Assembly (NCBI RefSeq): GCF_009914755.1
Contig: NC_060933.1
DNA from: the human T2T-CHM13v2.0 reference genome, Homo sapiens
Strand: one strand, 5' to 3'
Length of the DNA stretch: 64,000 bases
Position numbers and translations under genes: made by a program. Positions 42,789-57,366 of this stretch are shown here, piece by piece. The number at the start of each line of letters is the position of its first letter. Position 1 is the stretch's first letter. The notes under the pieces were generated by a model. The model was not told the origin of the DNA. It saw only the letters and a list, made by a program, of their open reading frames with translations, and made no database searches.

Positions 42789-45417
42789 TATGGATCAAAT
42801 CTTTGCCACAATGTTTCTGGTAGCATCATTCTTATGTTACCTTGTCTTCTCTTATTTTGAACTACCATCATTCATTACCTGACCCTTCTACTGGGGGTGT
42901 CAGGATGATAATAATCCAAGGTATCAGCCTTCTTTACTGGACCACAGGCCAAAATGGGCTTCTGGATACTCCTATCCCCACTTCAAGAGTGGACTTCTAG
43001 GAGAGCATGTGTGGAAAATTACAGAACAGAGCACTGCCCCAGCTGGTGCCCTGAAGCTTCATATCAAGTATGGAAAACATAGGAATAGGAGGTCACAGGC
43101 ATATGCAAATCTCAGTTTTTAAACTCTGCCCAATAGATATATACGTGCAATAGATACAAATGTGACACAAATAAATGTCACATTTGTGTTATCTCAATAA
43201 TTTAGATGAATCACTCAACTTCACAGCTAGAGGTGAAGAAAATAAAAGACTGTTTCTTCATACTTCTAAGAGAGTGAAAGTCGTATTTTATGTGGTTGCA
43301 AAATTATCAGAGAGGGAGAACAGCATTGTTCCCCCTTGTCAGGGGAACTCTTGTCTAGGACTATGTCAATCCTAGTAGTTTTATGCCTCATCTAAGGTGA
43401 GAGGTGTTACATCTTGTTTCCATTTAGCAATTAATATAATTCTTTATTGAAAATATAATATTAAACTATGCTATATAATATGATATAATTTAATATAATA
43501 ACTCCTAAACAAATATACTTCTTCCCCATTCTCTTCTCACTTTGATATAGCAGAACTGAATTTATAAGGTTGAGTATCAGCATTTAACATTCCTAAGATG
43601 AAAATATCCAAAGTGTCATAACTCAGCACAACTGTGTGTTAACTGTGCACATTGTGTTTCACAGGGAAAGAAATGAAAGAAAATAAAGGGAAAGTAGGTA
43701 ATTGCTCACAGGATAGAAGAAGATATTATCCTGCCAGTTTCTTCCTGGAACTGTATGCATCATGTCCTGTGTTTGTGATATAGCACAGGGAGTCATTGCT
43801 AACAATGAATAACATTATTGGGATGACAGCAGTTTAAGTGCAAAAGAAATTTGAGTTCTGACAAACCAGGCAGACACACACAACATGAAAAATGTATAAT
43901 GCATCACCATGGCTGGTTGTGTCTGTGGCAGTTAAGATACTGATACTGATTGAGAGGCTCATCTGTTCATTTGATTGTGTCTCATGGTTTAAATCTCTCT
44001 AAAGGGTCGGGGTGGGGGTGGAAGAAGCTAGTTTGCTCTGACTGACGGTGCAAAGAGGGGGTTTTGGTCTGCTTCTCATGTAAATGTAAGGAATAAGCTT
44101 CTCTGAGTTTGCATTGACTTTATTATCAGAGATAATAAATGGATGAATTCTAAAAAAGGAAAGGGAATGTAAAAGCCTTGAAAGCTTTGAAAGTTGCTGT
44201 GTTAACCACACAGCTGGTTACAGATACCTTTGCCAGTGTTGCTGTCACTGTTTATTTGATAACTTGATCCTTTATGGAAGAGAACTTGGAGCCACAGTTG
44301 ATTTTTTTTCCTTTTTCTCTCACACCCAAATTCATAAGACCTGCCATCTTCCCTTTCTCAATGTTCCCATAAGGCATCTTTTTCTTTTCATTTTTACTCT
44401 CACTATCTTATTCATCCCCAGCCTAATCATTTCTCAGTTTGACCTTTGCCACAGCTACCTAGCTGGTTTCCCTACCTCCAGTATTGGAAGTCCTTCTTTA
44501 AGGTGGACATCAGTGACCTTTTTGTCCTTTAAATCATAAAGTCTTCCATGGTGCTCCATCCGTCACCCATAACAATGCCCTCCAATGAGAATGCACAAGA
44601 GGACAAGACAGATTATAGGAGAGACATTAGGAAACACACATATGCACACACAAATGATTCTAAAGAATTCAGAAATTATCACTTAATACAAGGAGTGATA
44701 ATGGTACCTGTACTCTGTCCATGTGTCACTTCTGTAGTTGAGGTAACCAATGGAAAGAGAGGGAATTCCAAAACACAGAGCAGTAGACAGCAGTGCCCTT
44801 GTGAACCTGCTTAACTGGGCTTACAGATTACATCACCCAATTTTAACCAAAAGAACTCCCAGAAAAATGGGTAAGTGACTTACAAAGCAATAATAAGACA
44901 ATGGCAGAGCTGGAACTTTGCCTTCTTTTGGCACAACCTCTTTCTCAGTCACATTATGGGGCAGAAACAATAATGAATGACCTAATTAGGTCTGAGAAAG
45001 AGTCAGCCAAAAAAGAAATGGAAACTATCAAGAAGATTATTTTAATCATTAACAAAGAACCTCTCCAGCAGTGTAATCTATGCCTTGAGATATTAGCTAA
45101 TGATAGTAGTAGATATATGTAATGAGCATACATTATGTTTGTATATGTAATTCTTTTTAGATGATGGGATGCACCATGAAAAGCTAGCTCACACGATAAG
45201 TTTCAAGCTCTTAGTCGTGGAATGCCAAACCATCACACCTCAGCTTCTAGCTTTAGCCTTGGTTATTATCTGTCCATTCCCTCATTTCACTAGACTCTCC
45301 CAACTGATTATCTGTGTGACTTTGGGCAAGTCACTTAACCCCTCTGGGCTTCTGATTCCTTACTTGAAAAATGTAGGAGTGGGACTGGAGGATTTTTGAA
45401 GAATTTGCCAATCCTAT

Positions 45418-45790
45418 TGTAATAGGATTGCTAATAAAGACATACCTGAGATGGCTAATAAAGACATACCTGAGAGTGGATAATTTATAAAGGAAAGTGG
45501 TTTAATTGACTCACAGTTCCACATGGCTGGGGAGGCCTCACAATCGCGGTGGAAGGCAAAGGTGGAGCAAAGTCATGTTTTACATGGCAGCAGGGAAGAG
45601 AGCATGTGCAGGGGAACTCCCCTTTATGAAACCATCAGATCTCCTGAGACTTATCACTATCATGAGAACAGTAAGGGAAAAACCCACCCCCATGATTCAA
45701 TTACCTTGCACCAGGTCTCTCCCATGACACATGGGGATTATTACGATTCAAGGTGAGATTTGGGTGGGGACACAGAGCCAAACCATATCA
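45418..45790 (-). mobile_element. THE1 (C/D-like) MaLR solo LTR with a rearranged terminus
   Basis: 'gctaataaagacatacctgaga...gactcacagttccacatggctggggaggcctcacaatc...gagatttgggtggggacacagagccaaaccatatca'; TSD-like cctat (45413-45417) / cctac (45791-45795). Confidence 0.9.
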
Positions 45791-45796
45791 CCTACA

Positions 45797-46011
45797 CAGG
45801 TGTTTCTTGACTTATGATGGGGCTATGTATTGATAAACCCATTGTTTAAGTAGAGAATATAATAAGTTGAAAATACACTTAATAGCCAGATAAACCCATT
45901 GTAAAGTCAAAAAATTAAAAGTCTGGATGCTTCTTAATTTATAGTGGATTTGGGTCCCAATAAAAAAGTGGAAAAATTGTAAGTCAAACTATCCTAAGTT
46001 GGGACCATCTG
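45797..46011. mobile_element. MER47/Tigger5-family TcMar-Tigger relic
   Basis: 'caggtgtttcttgacttatgatgggg...gataaacccattgt...aagtcaaactatcctaagttgggaccatctg' followed by TA. Confidence 0.65.
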
Positions 46012-46844
46012 TAATTCAATTGTAATTTTATGTATCACCATTTAGGAATAAGATTTTTTTATGTAAGTGGAGTTTATTTCTTCAATTATCAAAATTTTTA
46101 GAAATTACTCTATTTTTGATAGAATTTCTTTAAAATATCTCACACTTCCTATTCTTCTTAAACAGAAAACGGAACATAATTTGACTTTCTCTTGATAACA
46201 TAGGATCATTAATATACTACAATTCACTATATTGCACTGTCCTCTTATATAATGTTACCTCTAATTGCCATTGAATCATGCAGCTTATTTGCCCTAATGC
46301 TAAATGGTTCCAGACTGCTATACTTTCCAATTCTAATGCCTGACTTTATACTTGTTTCTTACAACCAAGTTGTGAACTGGTACTTCATACTCATTCGTTG
46401 TATATGCCCTCCTCTCCTGTCTGTCATCTTTCAACTTTCTGGCTGTAAGGTGGAATAGGCTGGGAAAAGAGACCTATGTCTAAAGTAATAGTGGTTATAG
46501 AACCATTTAACCACCCTATACTATGCTTAAGTGCAGGGTGAAGGATAGGAAGTAAGACTGGGATTCGAAACTTAACTCCTGTATGCCTCAGTAGCCTCAT
46601 CTGATAAATGGTGAGGATTAAATCAGATACTGTTTGCAACTTGCTAGGGTAATACCTTGCAGCCCTAAGCACCAACACATTTTAACAAGATAAATAATAA
46701 TACATAAGGTTTATTAAATGATCATTATGTGGCAGACACTTTGCTAGGCACTTTATGTAGATCTACGCATTTAGTCCCCACAAAACTCTTGTGAGGATGT
46801 GTCTCCCAGTATGTCTCTTTTACCTATGAGGAAATGAACATTAT

Positions 46845-48369
46845 TATTCTTTTTCTTTTTTTATGTGCTATTTTTAATTTTTTTATTTTAATAGTTTTGA
46901 GGTATAAGTGGTTTTTGGTTACATGGATGAATTATATAGTGGTGAATTATGAGATTTTAGTGCATCTGTCACCTGAGTAAGGTATTTTGTGCCCAATATG
47001 TAGTTTTTTCATCCCATACCCCTCTACCAACCTCCCCCTTCTGAGTCTCCAGAATTCATTTTATCACTCTGTATGCCTTTGTGTCCTCATAGCTTAGCTC
47101 CCACTTATAAGTGAGAACATATGGTATTTTTTTTTATTCCTGAGTTACTTGTCTTGGAATAAGGCCTCTAGCTCCATCCAAATTGCTGCAAAAGACATTA
47201 TTTCATTCAATTTTATGGCTGAGTAGTACTCCATGGTGTATATATGACACATTTTCTTTATCCACTCATCGGTCAGTGGGCACTTAGGTTGCTTCCATAT
47301 CTTTGCAGTTGTGAATTGGGGTGCAAAAAGCATATATATGCATGTGTCTTTTTGATATAATGACTTCTTTCCCTTTGAGTAGGCACCCAGGTAACGGGAT
47401 TGCTGGATCAAATGGTAGATCTACTTTTAGTTCTTTAAGGAATCTCCATACTATTTCCGTAGAGGTTGTACTAATTTACATTACCACCAGCAATGTATAA
47501 GCATTCCCCTTTCACCACATCCACACCAACATCTATTGTTTTTTGATTTTTTAATACTGGCCATTATTGCAGAAGTAGGGTTATTCTCATTGTGATTTTA
47601 ATTTGCATTTGCCTGATATTTAGTGATGTTGAACACTTTTTCATATGCTTGTTGGCCATTTGCATATCTTCTTTTGAGAAATGTCTATTCATGTCATTTG
47701 TCCACTTTTTGATGGGATTACTTATTTTTTTCTTGCTGACTTATCTGAGTTTCTTATAGATTCTGGATACTAGTCTTTTGTCAGATGCATAGTTTGCAAA
47801 TATTTTCTCCCATTCTGTGAGTTGTCTGTTTACTTTGCTGATTATTTCTTTTGCTGTGCAGAAGCTTTTCAGTTTAGTCAGGTCCCATTTATTTATGTTT
47901 GTTTTTGTTGCATTTGCTTTTGGGGTTTTAGTCATGAATTCTTTGCCTAGGCCAATGTCTGGAAGAGTTTTCCTAAGGTTATCTTCTAGAATTTTTATGG
48001 TTTGAGGTCTTAGATTTAAGTCTGTGATCCATCTTGAGTTGATTTTTGTATAAGGTGAGAGATCAGTTTCATTCTTTTACATGAGGTTAGCCAGTGTACC
48101 TAGCACCATTTATTAAATAGGGCATCCTTTCCCTAGTCTATGTTTTTGTGTGCTTTGCCAAAGATCAGCTGGTTTTAAGTATTTGGCTTTATTTCTGAGT
48201 TCTCTATTCTATTCCATTGGTCTGTGTGACTACTTTTATAGCAGTACCATACTCTTTTGGTAACAATAGCCTTGTAGTATAACTTGAAGTCCAATAATGT
48301 GATGACTCCAGATTTGTTCTTTTTGCTTAGGCTTGCTTTGGCTAGACAAGCTCTTTTTGGTTCCATATG
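46845..48369 (-). mobile_element. 5'-truncated L1 (L1PB1-like), about 1.5 kb, inserted in a MIR
   Basis: T-rich tail, then 'gtttttggttacatggatgaattatatagtggtgaatt'; ORF2 C-terminal remnants (ORFs 47145-47411, 47741-47935, 48175-48366); L1 similarity stops at 'ttttggttccatatg'. Confidence 0.9.
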
Positions 48370-49984
48370 GGAAACCAGTGGCGTACCTTGGTTTCACCAA
48401 GGTTACACACCTTGCTGGCCATCCCATGTGGGGAAGGTGCTTTGCCTACTACCACTCTCCATCTTCAGCCAGGCTGTAGCAGGGATGGTGGAGTCTCCTT
48501 GATTTTTAATCTCCAACAGATCTGGTTGCTTTCTTTCCACCTGTGCCTCTGCCAGGCACCTGATGAACAACAACTGTAATGATGTTCTAGTTGCCTTTTA
48601 AATAATCTAACTTGTCATATGACAGTGATGTTCTCAGGGCAGGGTCTGTGTTTAGTCATGTCTCTGGCCTCAGGAACTAGAAAATCATGCAGTTTTTATT
48701 AAATGTTCTGAGCAGAATGAGACTTTAAATTAAAATCAGTTTCCATATTTTTTTCCTCTATGTTCTAAAAATTAATTCTCTTGGCATTACAAAAAGTTGA
48801 GGGAAGTTGGGATCTTGGAAAGAAATTATCTGTCAGGAAGCGGTGACATTCACATTTTCCACTGTGGGATGACACCTGCTGCTCCTATAGGACAATTAAC
48901 AACTCTTGGAGGAGGGGAAATGTCTTAAACAAGTGGTGTTTTCTAGGCTTTGGTCTTGATTCTTTGGCCACGGAGGAGAAGGGAACAGGAAGGGAAAATC
49001 AAGAACACAACTTATGAAGCCTCTGTTCAAGAATGTATCATATTTTAGAATTGCCATGCAAACAATCACTTCAGATGGGAATATGGGCATGCTCAGTTTG
49101 GAGGTGAATCCCCACATGCATGATGTAAAATAGTTCACAGGCGGACTTGAAAAACAGCAGGATGTAGCTGATTATTTAAGGGGTGAAAAGTCCTCTTGAT
49201 ATATCAACTCAGAGCCTGTAAATATGATAACATTCTCTACCTGTCCTTCAGATGGAAAGCTGGAGAAGCGGAAAGGAGGCTGGTCTCACCTGCTTCCTTT
49301 AGGAAATAGAGAATGAACTTGTGAATTGAGAATGAAGCAGGCAGCATCAGCTGTATGAAAGTGAGCTCTGAGAAGTGATGTGCTCATTTATTCTCCTCCC
49401 CTCCTTCCATCTCTCCCTCTTAACTCTCTCCCCCAAAATAATTAAATGCAAAAGCTACTTGAGTGCAATGGTAAGTTACAAATTTAAACCCACAAGAGTC
49501 AAAAACTGTAGAACTGAAGGTCCTTAGGGGGACGTTAACTTTGCCACTTTTATATCATTATAGTAAGCTATTCATTTAATAGCCTAATTTGTAATCACAA
49601 ATACCATGGGAAATTTCGCTATACCAACCTCTGGCTTCAGTTTTCCTGACTTGGTTGGCGATTTTGAATGTTGTAACCTTCAGAAATGCATATTTTTAGC
49701 ATTTAGCAGTCCAGATCACTGGCAGATTAAATTACTTATTAGCCACATTTTTCTCAGCTCTATACCCTTTCCAATATACAATAAACTTGGCAAAGTCTAG
49801 TGAAGGTACATCTAAAGGTAAGATTAAATAATATAATTGTGCTGTTTCCATTTATTCAGCTGATTTGTATGGCCTAATGAAAGCTTATTTTTACCTGGAG
49901 GATAGTCATAGGGAGCTATGAATTAACCAGTGATAAAGATTCTGTTTGGAATTTGTCCCTAAAGGACCTCTCTGCTCAACTGAG

Positions 49985-50409
49985 TGCACTAAGGGCCCCA
50001 ATTAATGTATCCATACTCTTCGTCCTGTGAGTTTGTAACTCCTTCTTACTCCACAGTGGGCTTGATCATGTGATTCGCTTTGATAAATGTGACACAAGCA
50101 GAGGCTTGAAAAGCACTTGAGATTTTCTGCTTATTATCTTAAGCATATCCTTGAGCTAGCCTTCTAGATTTATAAAAGAGCCAAGTCATCCCAGCCAAGG
50201 CCACTCTGGACAAACCAGATCCCAGCCCACATTCTGGCTGACTGTATGCATGTGAGTGGGTTTGGCCAAGATCACCCAAACCTGGCCCAGATTAGGAGAA
50301 CCACCCAGCCAACCTGTAGAGGCAAAACAGACGATTAGGTAATGTTTTAAGCAAACAGCTTCAGTATGTTTGGAATGCATTATTATCGTGACAATAGAAA
50401 ACTGGTGCA
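49985..50409 (+). mobile_element. MLT1 (G/H-like) MaLR LTR
   Basis: 'gggcttgatcatgtgattcgctttg...gtgacacaagcagaggcttgaaaagcacttg...ccacccagccaacctgtaga...gacaatagaaaactggtgca'. Confidence 0.7.
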
Positions 50410-50422
50410 CTTCCCTAAACAC

Positions 50423-50718
<296 letters not shown>

Positions 50719-50751
50719 CATCCCTGAACACTTTCTAACGTTGGAAAATGA

Positions 50752-51070
<319 letters not shown>

Positions 51071-53863
51071 AAACCCCACTTTTTAAACGTAGTTTGTTTG
51101 AGGGCTATGAACTTCATATGGTAGAATCAAAACTTCTGGCATTAAAACCTTCCTGCTGTTCCACAGCCTCTGCTCGTAGGTGTTGCAGCACCACTTTGTA
51201 TTTCTACTGCTATTTCACGCTGCAGAGAGAATTGCTATTCAAAAACACCAGTGGGAGCTCTGGTTTCTGCAGCCTGCCCCTACGTTCCCCACTTCTGTTC
51301 CCATCCCCTTTCCCATTTGAGACTCGGCTAGAGACAGCAGCAGCTCTGTGAGTCTTAGATGATCTTGTGAATGAGGTCTTCACTTCTCCATCTAAAAATG
51401 TGTTAAAGGCAAAAGAGTTTCTTGACACTCAACAGCAGGGAAGAAAGCCCCTGTGTGAAGCAGCCTTCCACTTGACGGTGCATCTCGAAAGGCTTCATCA
51501 ACAACCCCCAATTACAGCCAAGAAGTGCCCTATCTCTTCAGAATGAGGACAGATCGTCTCCTCTCATCCTGATTCAAAGGTCCCAAAGCACCAGATTCAC
51601 ACACCAAAAAATGCATTTCTGACTACACAGGGTTTTAATGATTTTATTATATGTCTCACAATCTGTTCCTAAATCTGCTCCCATGTAGTTTATATTTACC
51701 AATTATTAGCTGAACTTAAGGACCTTTGTTTGGGGCATTAAAGATGATAATGAGGGAATAAGCTTCATTAGAATGACCAACTTTGATTAAAATGTAAATT
51801 GAAAATGTCTGATACAGTATATTAGCCTTACTGTTCCAGACTAAATGGTTGTGATATTATCTCAGTCAGGGGAAAAGCCCCTGCCTGGACAAAAGTAAGC
51901 ATCACCTTTAGTAACAAATAGCATGTGCTTAGCAATTGGAAATCTATGGTGAGTATTCTCTAGTGATATGGAAGTTATCTATGCTTCTGTTAGATGGCAG
52001 AGAGTACAAATACTGGAAATTTAGCATTTTCTACAGAACACTGAAAGTGCTCTGAAAGATGAGTGTGAAAGGTGCTTGGGCTTTTGGCCAATGGGAGGTT
52101 GCTAAATGCCAGTTGTGGGTAGGCTAAACAAAGAAGAAAGGGTGACCCACAGACTTCTTTTAGAACACACTTCTAGAAAAGGTAAGAGTCTGGCATTGCC
52201 TGATTGAACTTTATTTTTTTCTTACTACCAAGTTGTTAATTGATATTTCATACTACCTCATCGTGCATGTCCTCTTCCAGTCTTTCAACTTTCAAGTCGC
52301 TGACTGTTAGGTGTCATGGACTGGCTAGACAGACTTGTGTGGTTGTGCTCACACAGAGCTGGTGAGTGAGGTATATATGGAGTTAGCTAGACCTGTGTTC
52401 AAATTTTTTATTTACCATTTATTAGCTTCATGACCTTAGACAGCTCTGAGTTTCAAGAATCTCATTTGTAAAGTGGGCAAATGGAAAGATAATAGCTAAC
52501 ATAGCTTATTATGAGGAATAAATAAAATAATGTATGTATGTCTGGGGTGGGGTCTGGAACAGTGTAGGCACTTGCTAAATAATATTCCTGTGCATCTTCC
52601 CCCTGCTTTCCTCTATGTTTTAACACTTAGAGAAGCTCATGGTGTGCTATGGCAGAAAGAACTGGGCATATGAAATATTTTTTAGTACTCTGAATCCTCA
52701 GGGTAGCTCTACATGAAGCCAGCAGCTAGCTAATGAAGCCTGATTTCTTGGGCATTTGCCTCTTATGGCTGACTGGCTTGTTAACTGAATTATTCAAAGA
52801 TTTTCATAATATGTTTGAATTTCTTATATCCATTCAGTGGCTAATGAATCCTAGCCAGGCCTGGGGCCTCAGTTGAGAGAGAAAAACATATCTGTTCAAA
52901 ATATGAGTTGTTTTTTTTTAATTTAAGAAAATGATTATTATATCCTGCTGGATACCTGCAATTATTACTTTGGGATTCATTTGAAATTGGATGGTTGGAT
53001 AGTGACAGTGAATCTAGACAGACAGCCTGGAAAGGAAGTTGCTTTATTGATTTATTTTCATAGGAACTCCCAGAGCTGATGATCACAAAAGGGGAGGAAG
53101 TTCGATGTTTGAATATTATAGCCCACAGAAGGAAAAGTTGTGTTGGTCATTTGTAAGCCAGAAAGCAAAATGTGAATTTTTCCAACTTGTTTAACCTCCC
53201 ACTAATGCCATTGTTTTATATTACCATTAAGGTTAAAAATATCATCTATACAGATGTCATATCTATTTAGGGTGTTTATCTTATAAGCTCCCAGCCCTTG
53301 TGCTGAGCTCTGGACTATTCATCTACATCACCAAGATATGCTTCTTAGATTTCTCTAAGGTGTTATATGCTTGTTTTTAAATACAAAGATATTCTTGGGA
53401 CTATCTCCAGAGAGACACATGTGCAACTGAAAAACGAACCTATCTGAGGTAACTACTGGGTCCACATTAAAAATACAGTGAGGAGAAAGTGTTTCTGACT
53501 TTGGCTGGGTAACATTTTTCTATTTTAATAGAAGGAATAGTGGATTGGATGTGTTATCAGGAAGGAAGCTATTCCCCTCTTTATTCAGATTATTTTCTTC
53601 TCTGGATCCAAGATGTTTGGGGATGCCAAACAAAACCCCCAAAATTTTTTAAAAGTTTACCATTAAAATTTTAGCATACTATCAAAGCAAGAAAAACTCA
53701 TTTTTTTCCCCACTGGTGACTACTTAGCCAGATAAAAAAAGCTCTATCTGTAGGCATCTTCCCATTTAAAAGAGAAATATAAGAAAGAGAAGCACCCAGA
53801 TTGAAGGAGTATACATGGTTAACCATAAATAGTTAGAATTTGTGAATAGCTTTACATCTATAA

Positions 53864-54292
<429 letters not shown>

Positions 54293-54920
54293 GGATTTTT
54301 TTGAAGTTTTATTCTGTTATCAGTGATATTGTCTGTCCAGTGCTGCAATGTTTTCCAGATTGTTTTTCTTTCCCAAGAAACAGTGTGTTTTGGGAACCAC
54401 TTCATCTCAAGGACATGTCAAAGGAGAAACATATGCCACATTAGTGACTCCTGCCTGGTGGGACATAGACTTTAAAGGTGAAGAGCTATGGAAAGAGGTC
54501 AAAGGTTCATAAACTTCCTAAGTATCTATTATGTAATGCGCTTCTCACATGGAGGCGTAGTTCTTTGTTTTTGAATGTGTATATGCGGTTATGCTGAAGA
54601 AAATGAGAATTCATTTAAGGTTATTGCTCAATTCTAATAACTTTCTGTTAGTTATTTTTTTTTCCCAGTCAGTGGTTCCTAAAGGTACATCTCTTACATG
54701 TGCTTTTTTTAAGTAAAAATGGAGCCCTCATGTTTGAAATGTTGGGACACCCCTGCCCTGAAGCGACAGAAGTGAAGATAAATATGTTTCTAAAAAAGCC
54801 ATTGGTAAATCAGGATAGAAAAGGGGTTTGTATGAAGACTTAGTGAACTGAAACAGGAAAATTAGAGAACCAGTCTCATGAGATGGTAAAAACAAGACAG
54901 GCTGGGAAACTGACTGCTTA

Positions 54921-55422
54921 GTATTTTGGTTATCTACTACTGTGTAGCAAATCACCTTGATCCTTAGTGACTTTAAGTAACAACATCTTTTGTAGTTCTC
55001 TGTGTTGACTGGGCTTAGAGAGGCTGTTCTACTCTATGTGATGTTGCCTGGGGCTGCACTCATCTGAATTAAGTGCTTGAGGGCTTCCTCACATATTTAG
55101 CCCTTTGGCAGGGACAGTGGGACTACCAGGTCTTTCTTGTTCTCTGTTATCTCAGGGTCTCTCCCTCTTCAAGCGGTCTCCCTAGTAAGGTAAACAGACT
55201 TCTTCCGTAGTTGCTCAGGGTTCCCCAAAGCACAAAAGTAGAAACTTCCAGGTCTTCTCAAGGTTTAGCTCTAGAACCGGCACAGCACCACTTCCTCCAC
55301 ATTCTGTTGGTTAAAGCAAGTCACAGGTCAACACAGTTTCATTGTGGAAAAGAACTATACAAGAGAGTAGATACCTGGCGGTCCAGTTCATTGAGAACCA
55401 TCTTTGGAGACTAGTAACCACA
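54921..55422 (-). mobile_element. MLT1 (K/J-like) MaLR LTR
   Basis: 'gttatctactactgtgtagcaaatcacc...cacagcaccacttcctccacattctgttggttaaagcaagtcacagg...catctttggagactagtaaccaca'. Confidence 0.75.
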
Positions 55423-55688
55423 CCTAGTTATGGACATATTTTAAAAAGTGTGGCTAGGGTGTTTCTGCCGCCCTATAGCCACTGGACACTCATAAATGCC
55501 ATGACTGGACTCTTAACCTGAATCCACTGCTGCTACCAGTATTTTTAATAGCCACTGCATTGTTTACATCATTCCTTCAAGGACTGTTAGTCTCATGCCT
55601 GTGCCCTAGCTGTCAGAGAGCAGGGAGAGAGATTGTCTTCTCTCTTTGTTTTCTGTTGTAGAAGGAAGGGAATGCTCTTTCCAAGATT

Positions 55689-55818
55689 CAGCTGACTGTA
55701 TGTCCTGGTTTGCTGGGACAGACCTGACTTATGCTGATTGTTCCAACAGGATTATTAACCATGCCCTCTCTAATTCTTAATAGCTTTCCAATATGGATGA
55801 CAAATTATTGTCATTCTA
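55689..55818. mobile_element. MER94-like hAT-Blackjack relic
   Basis: 'tgactgtatgtcctggtttgctgggacag...attattaa...ggatgacaaattattgtcattcta'. Confidence 0.6.
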
Positions 55819-57366
55819 TAGCCAAGTCCCACACAATGGAGGATTCCCCAAAACTAGGAAGAGGTTTAGATTTTTGGGTGACCGTAAAATGAAAAGTGCC
55901 CACTCGCACTCTCCATAGGCTATCCACCACCACACTTTTCTTCTTCTACCTATACCCTAAAAAGACAACTGTATGTACCTGATGGAATGCACCTAATGCA
56001 TGGCCCTGAATCTTGTCAGTTGCTTCATCTCACTCCAAACCCAGAATCTCTAGGCATTGTCCATTTCTCTTCCAGGTCTGTCCTGATCCTCTTTCCATTT
56101 TCCACAGTCTAAGGAATAAACTGTAAAGTTAACCAATGCACTTCATATACAGTAGTTCTGGGACTGGGAGAGGGAAGAAAAAGAAAATTAGTTAAAATGT
56201 GTCAGCATGAATATAAACAAAAAGGAAGGAGGATATATTGGAGGATCTAGTCCTCAGATCTGCAGCTGGCACCTTACCCTGTACACTTGCCACCCCTCGG
56301 TCTCTGGATTTTCAATCCTGGATTATGAATACTTTCTGAATGTTCTTTCATATTCGTCTCTCTTATTCCAGGTTCAAAAGTGTGAAGCAATAATAGTGAA
56401 GCCTACATAATAAGCCAATGCTTGGCCTGCCTTAGAGAGAGAAAAGGGGATGTCTGCCTCTAGCACCACTTTGCATAAAACATGCATAATAGTGGATGCT
56501 CTCCGAGTAGGAAAGAGTACTAGTATTGCTACTCCCTTTCATCTAACATGTTATTGAAACTGGAAAAAAAAAAGATAATTGATAGGTAGGAGTGGCAGAG
56601 TGGCTAATCTAGCTTTTAAACTCAGTATCATGGGAATCTGCAGGTCACAAGATTGTTAGCTGAGGCCTGCTGCTACCGTTTGGGGATAATATAAGATGTC
56701 TGAGCTGGGAGAGGAGAGCCTTTGCAAGGGCAAAAGGGCAAGTGTGTGATAAACTGGGGGAAGAACGAACATGGATGGCTTGGGGAAACAGAGGCAGGGT
56801 GTTTGAGGGATGTGGACTTAGCAGAGTATTTAGCAGATGCTATGGATTTCAGTTATAGCATAGAATCAGAGTCTGTCCTTCAGTTTGATAAATTCCTATT
56901 TGAGCCAGGCTGACTGCAAGATGGGATGATTGGCTGGTGCTAAGAAAAAGGAGGAAACGTGGGTCAGATTCTTGTAATGGGTTAATGATCTCCACACCTA
57001 GTAGAATTCCCTTGTGTTGAACCATAAAACCTGAGTCTTAGTCTAAGCCTGCCTCAAATTGGATATATTAGCATAGATTATGCTTATTTCTTCATTCATA
57101 AACCAAGGGATTTATAAGATCAGATCATGGGTCCTAACATGAGGTCTCCAAATTCCAAGAGATCTTGAATATTGAATTGGAGGGTGTACTTAGACAGAAT
57201 TCAGTTCATTATCCACAATATGGATTCATAGGTTAACTAAAAGGTGAATTACTGTAGACGGACATTAAAATTTAAATGTGATGAGTACACTGAGTTTTAA
57301 ATGTGATGAGTAATGGTGTAGTATAAGGTGCCAGGGAAATACACCATGGGGAACTCAACCTATTCC

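Noticed and set aside
48370-48580. Possible cellular-RNA/L1 chimera at the L1PB 5' end
   Set aside because: A MIR-like sequence resumes within about 30 bp, I see no match to any snRNA or mRNA I recognise, and there is no distal TSD.
52037-52187. Plus-strand exon candidates ending at AAG|GTAAGA (145 nt or 18 nt)
   Set aside because: The 145-nt version is closed in all frames and the 18-nt version has only a short pyrimidine tract; support is insufficient.
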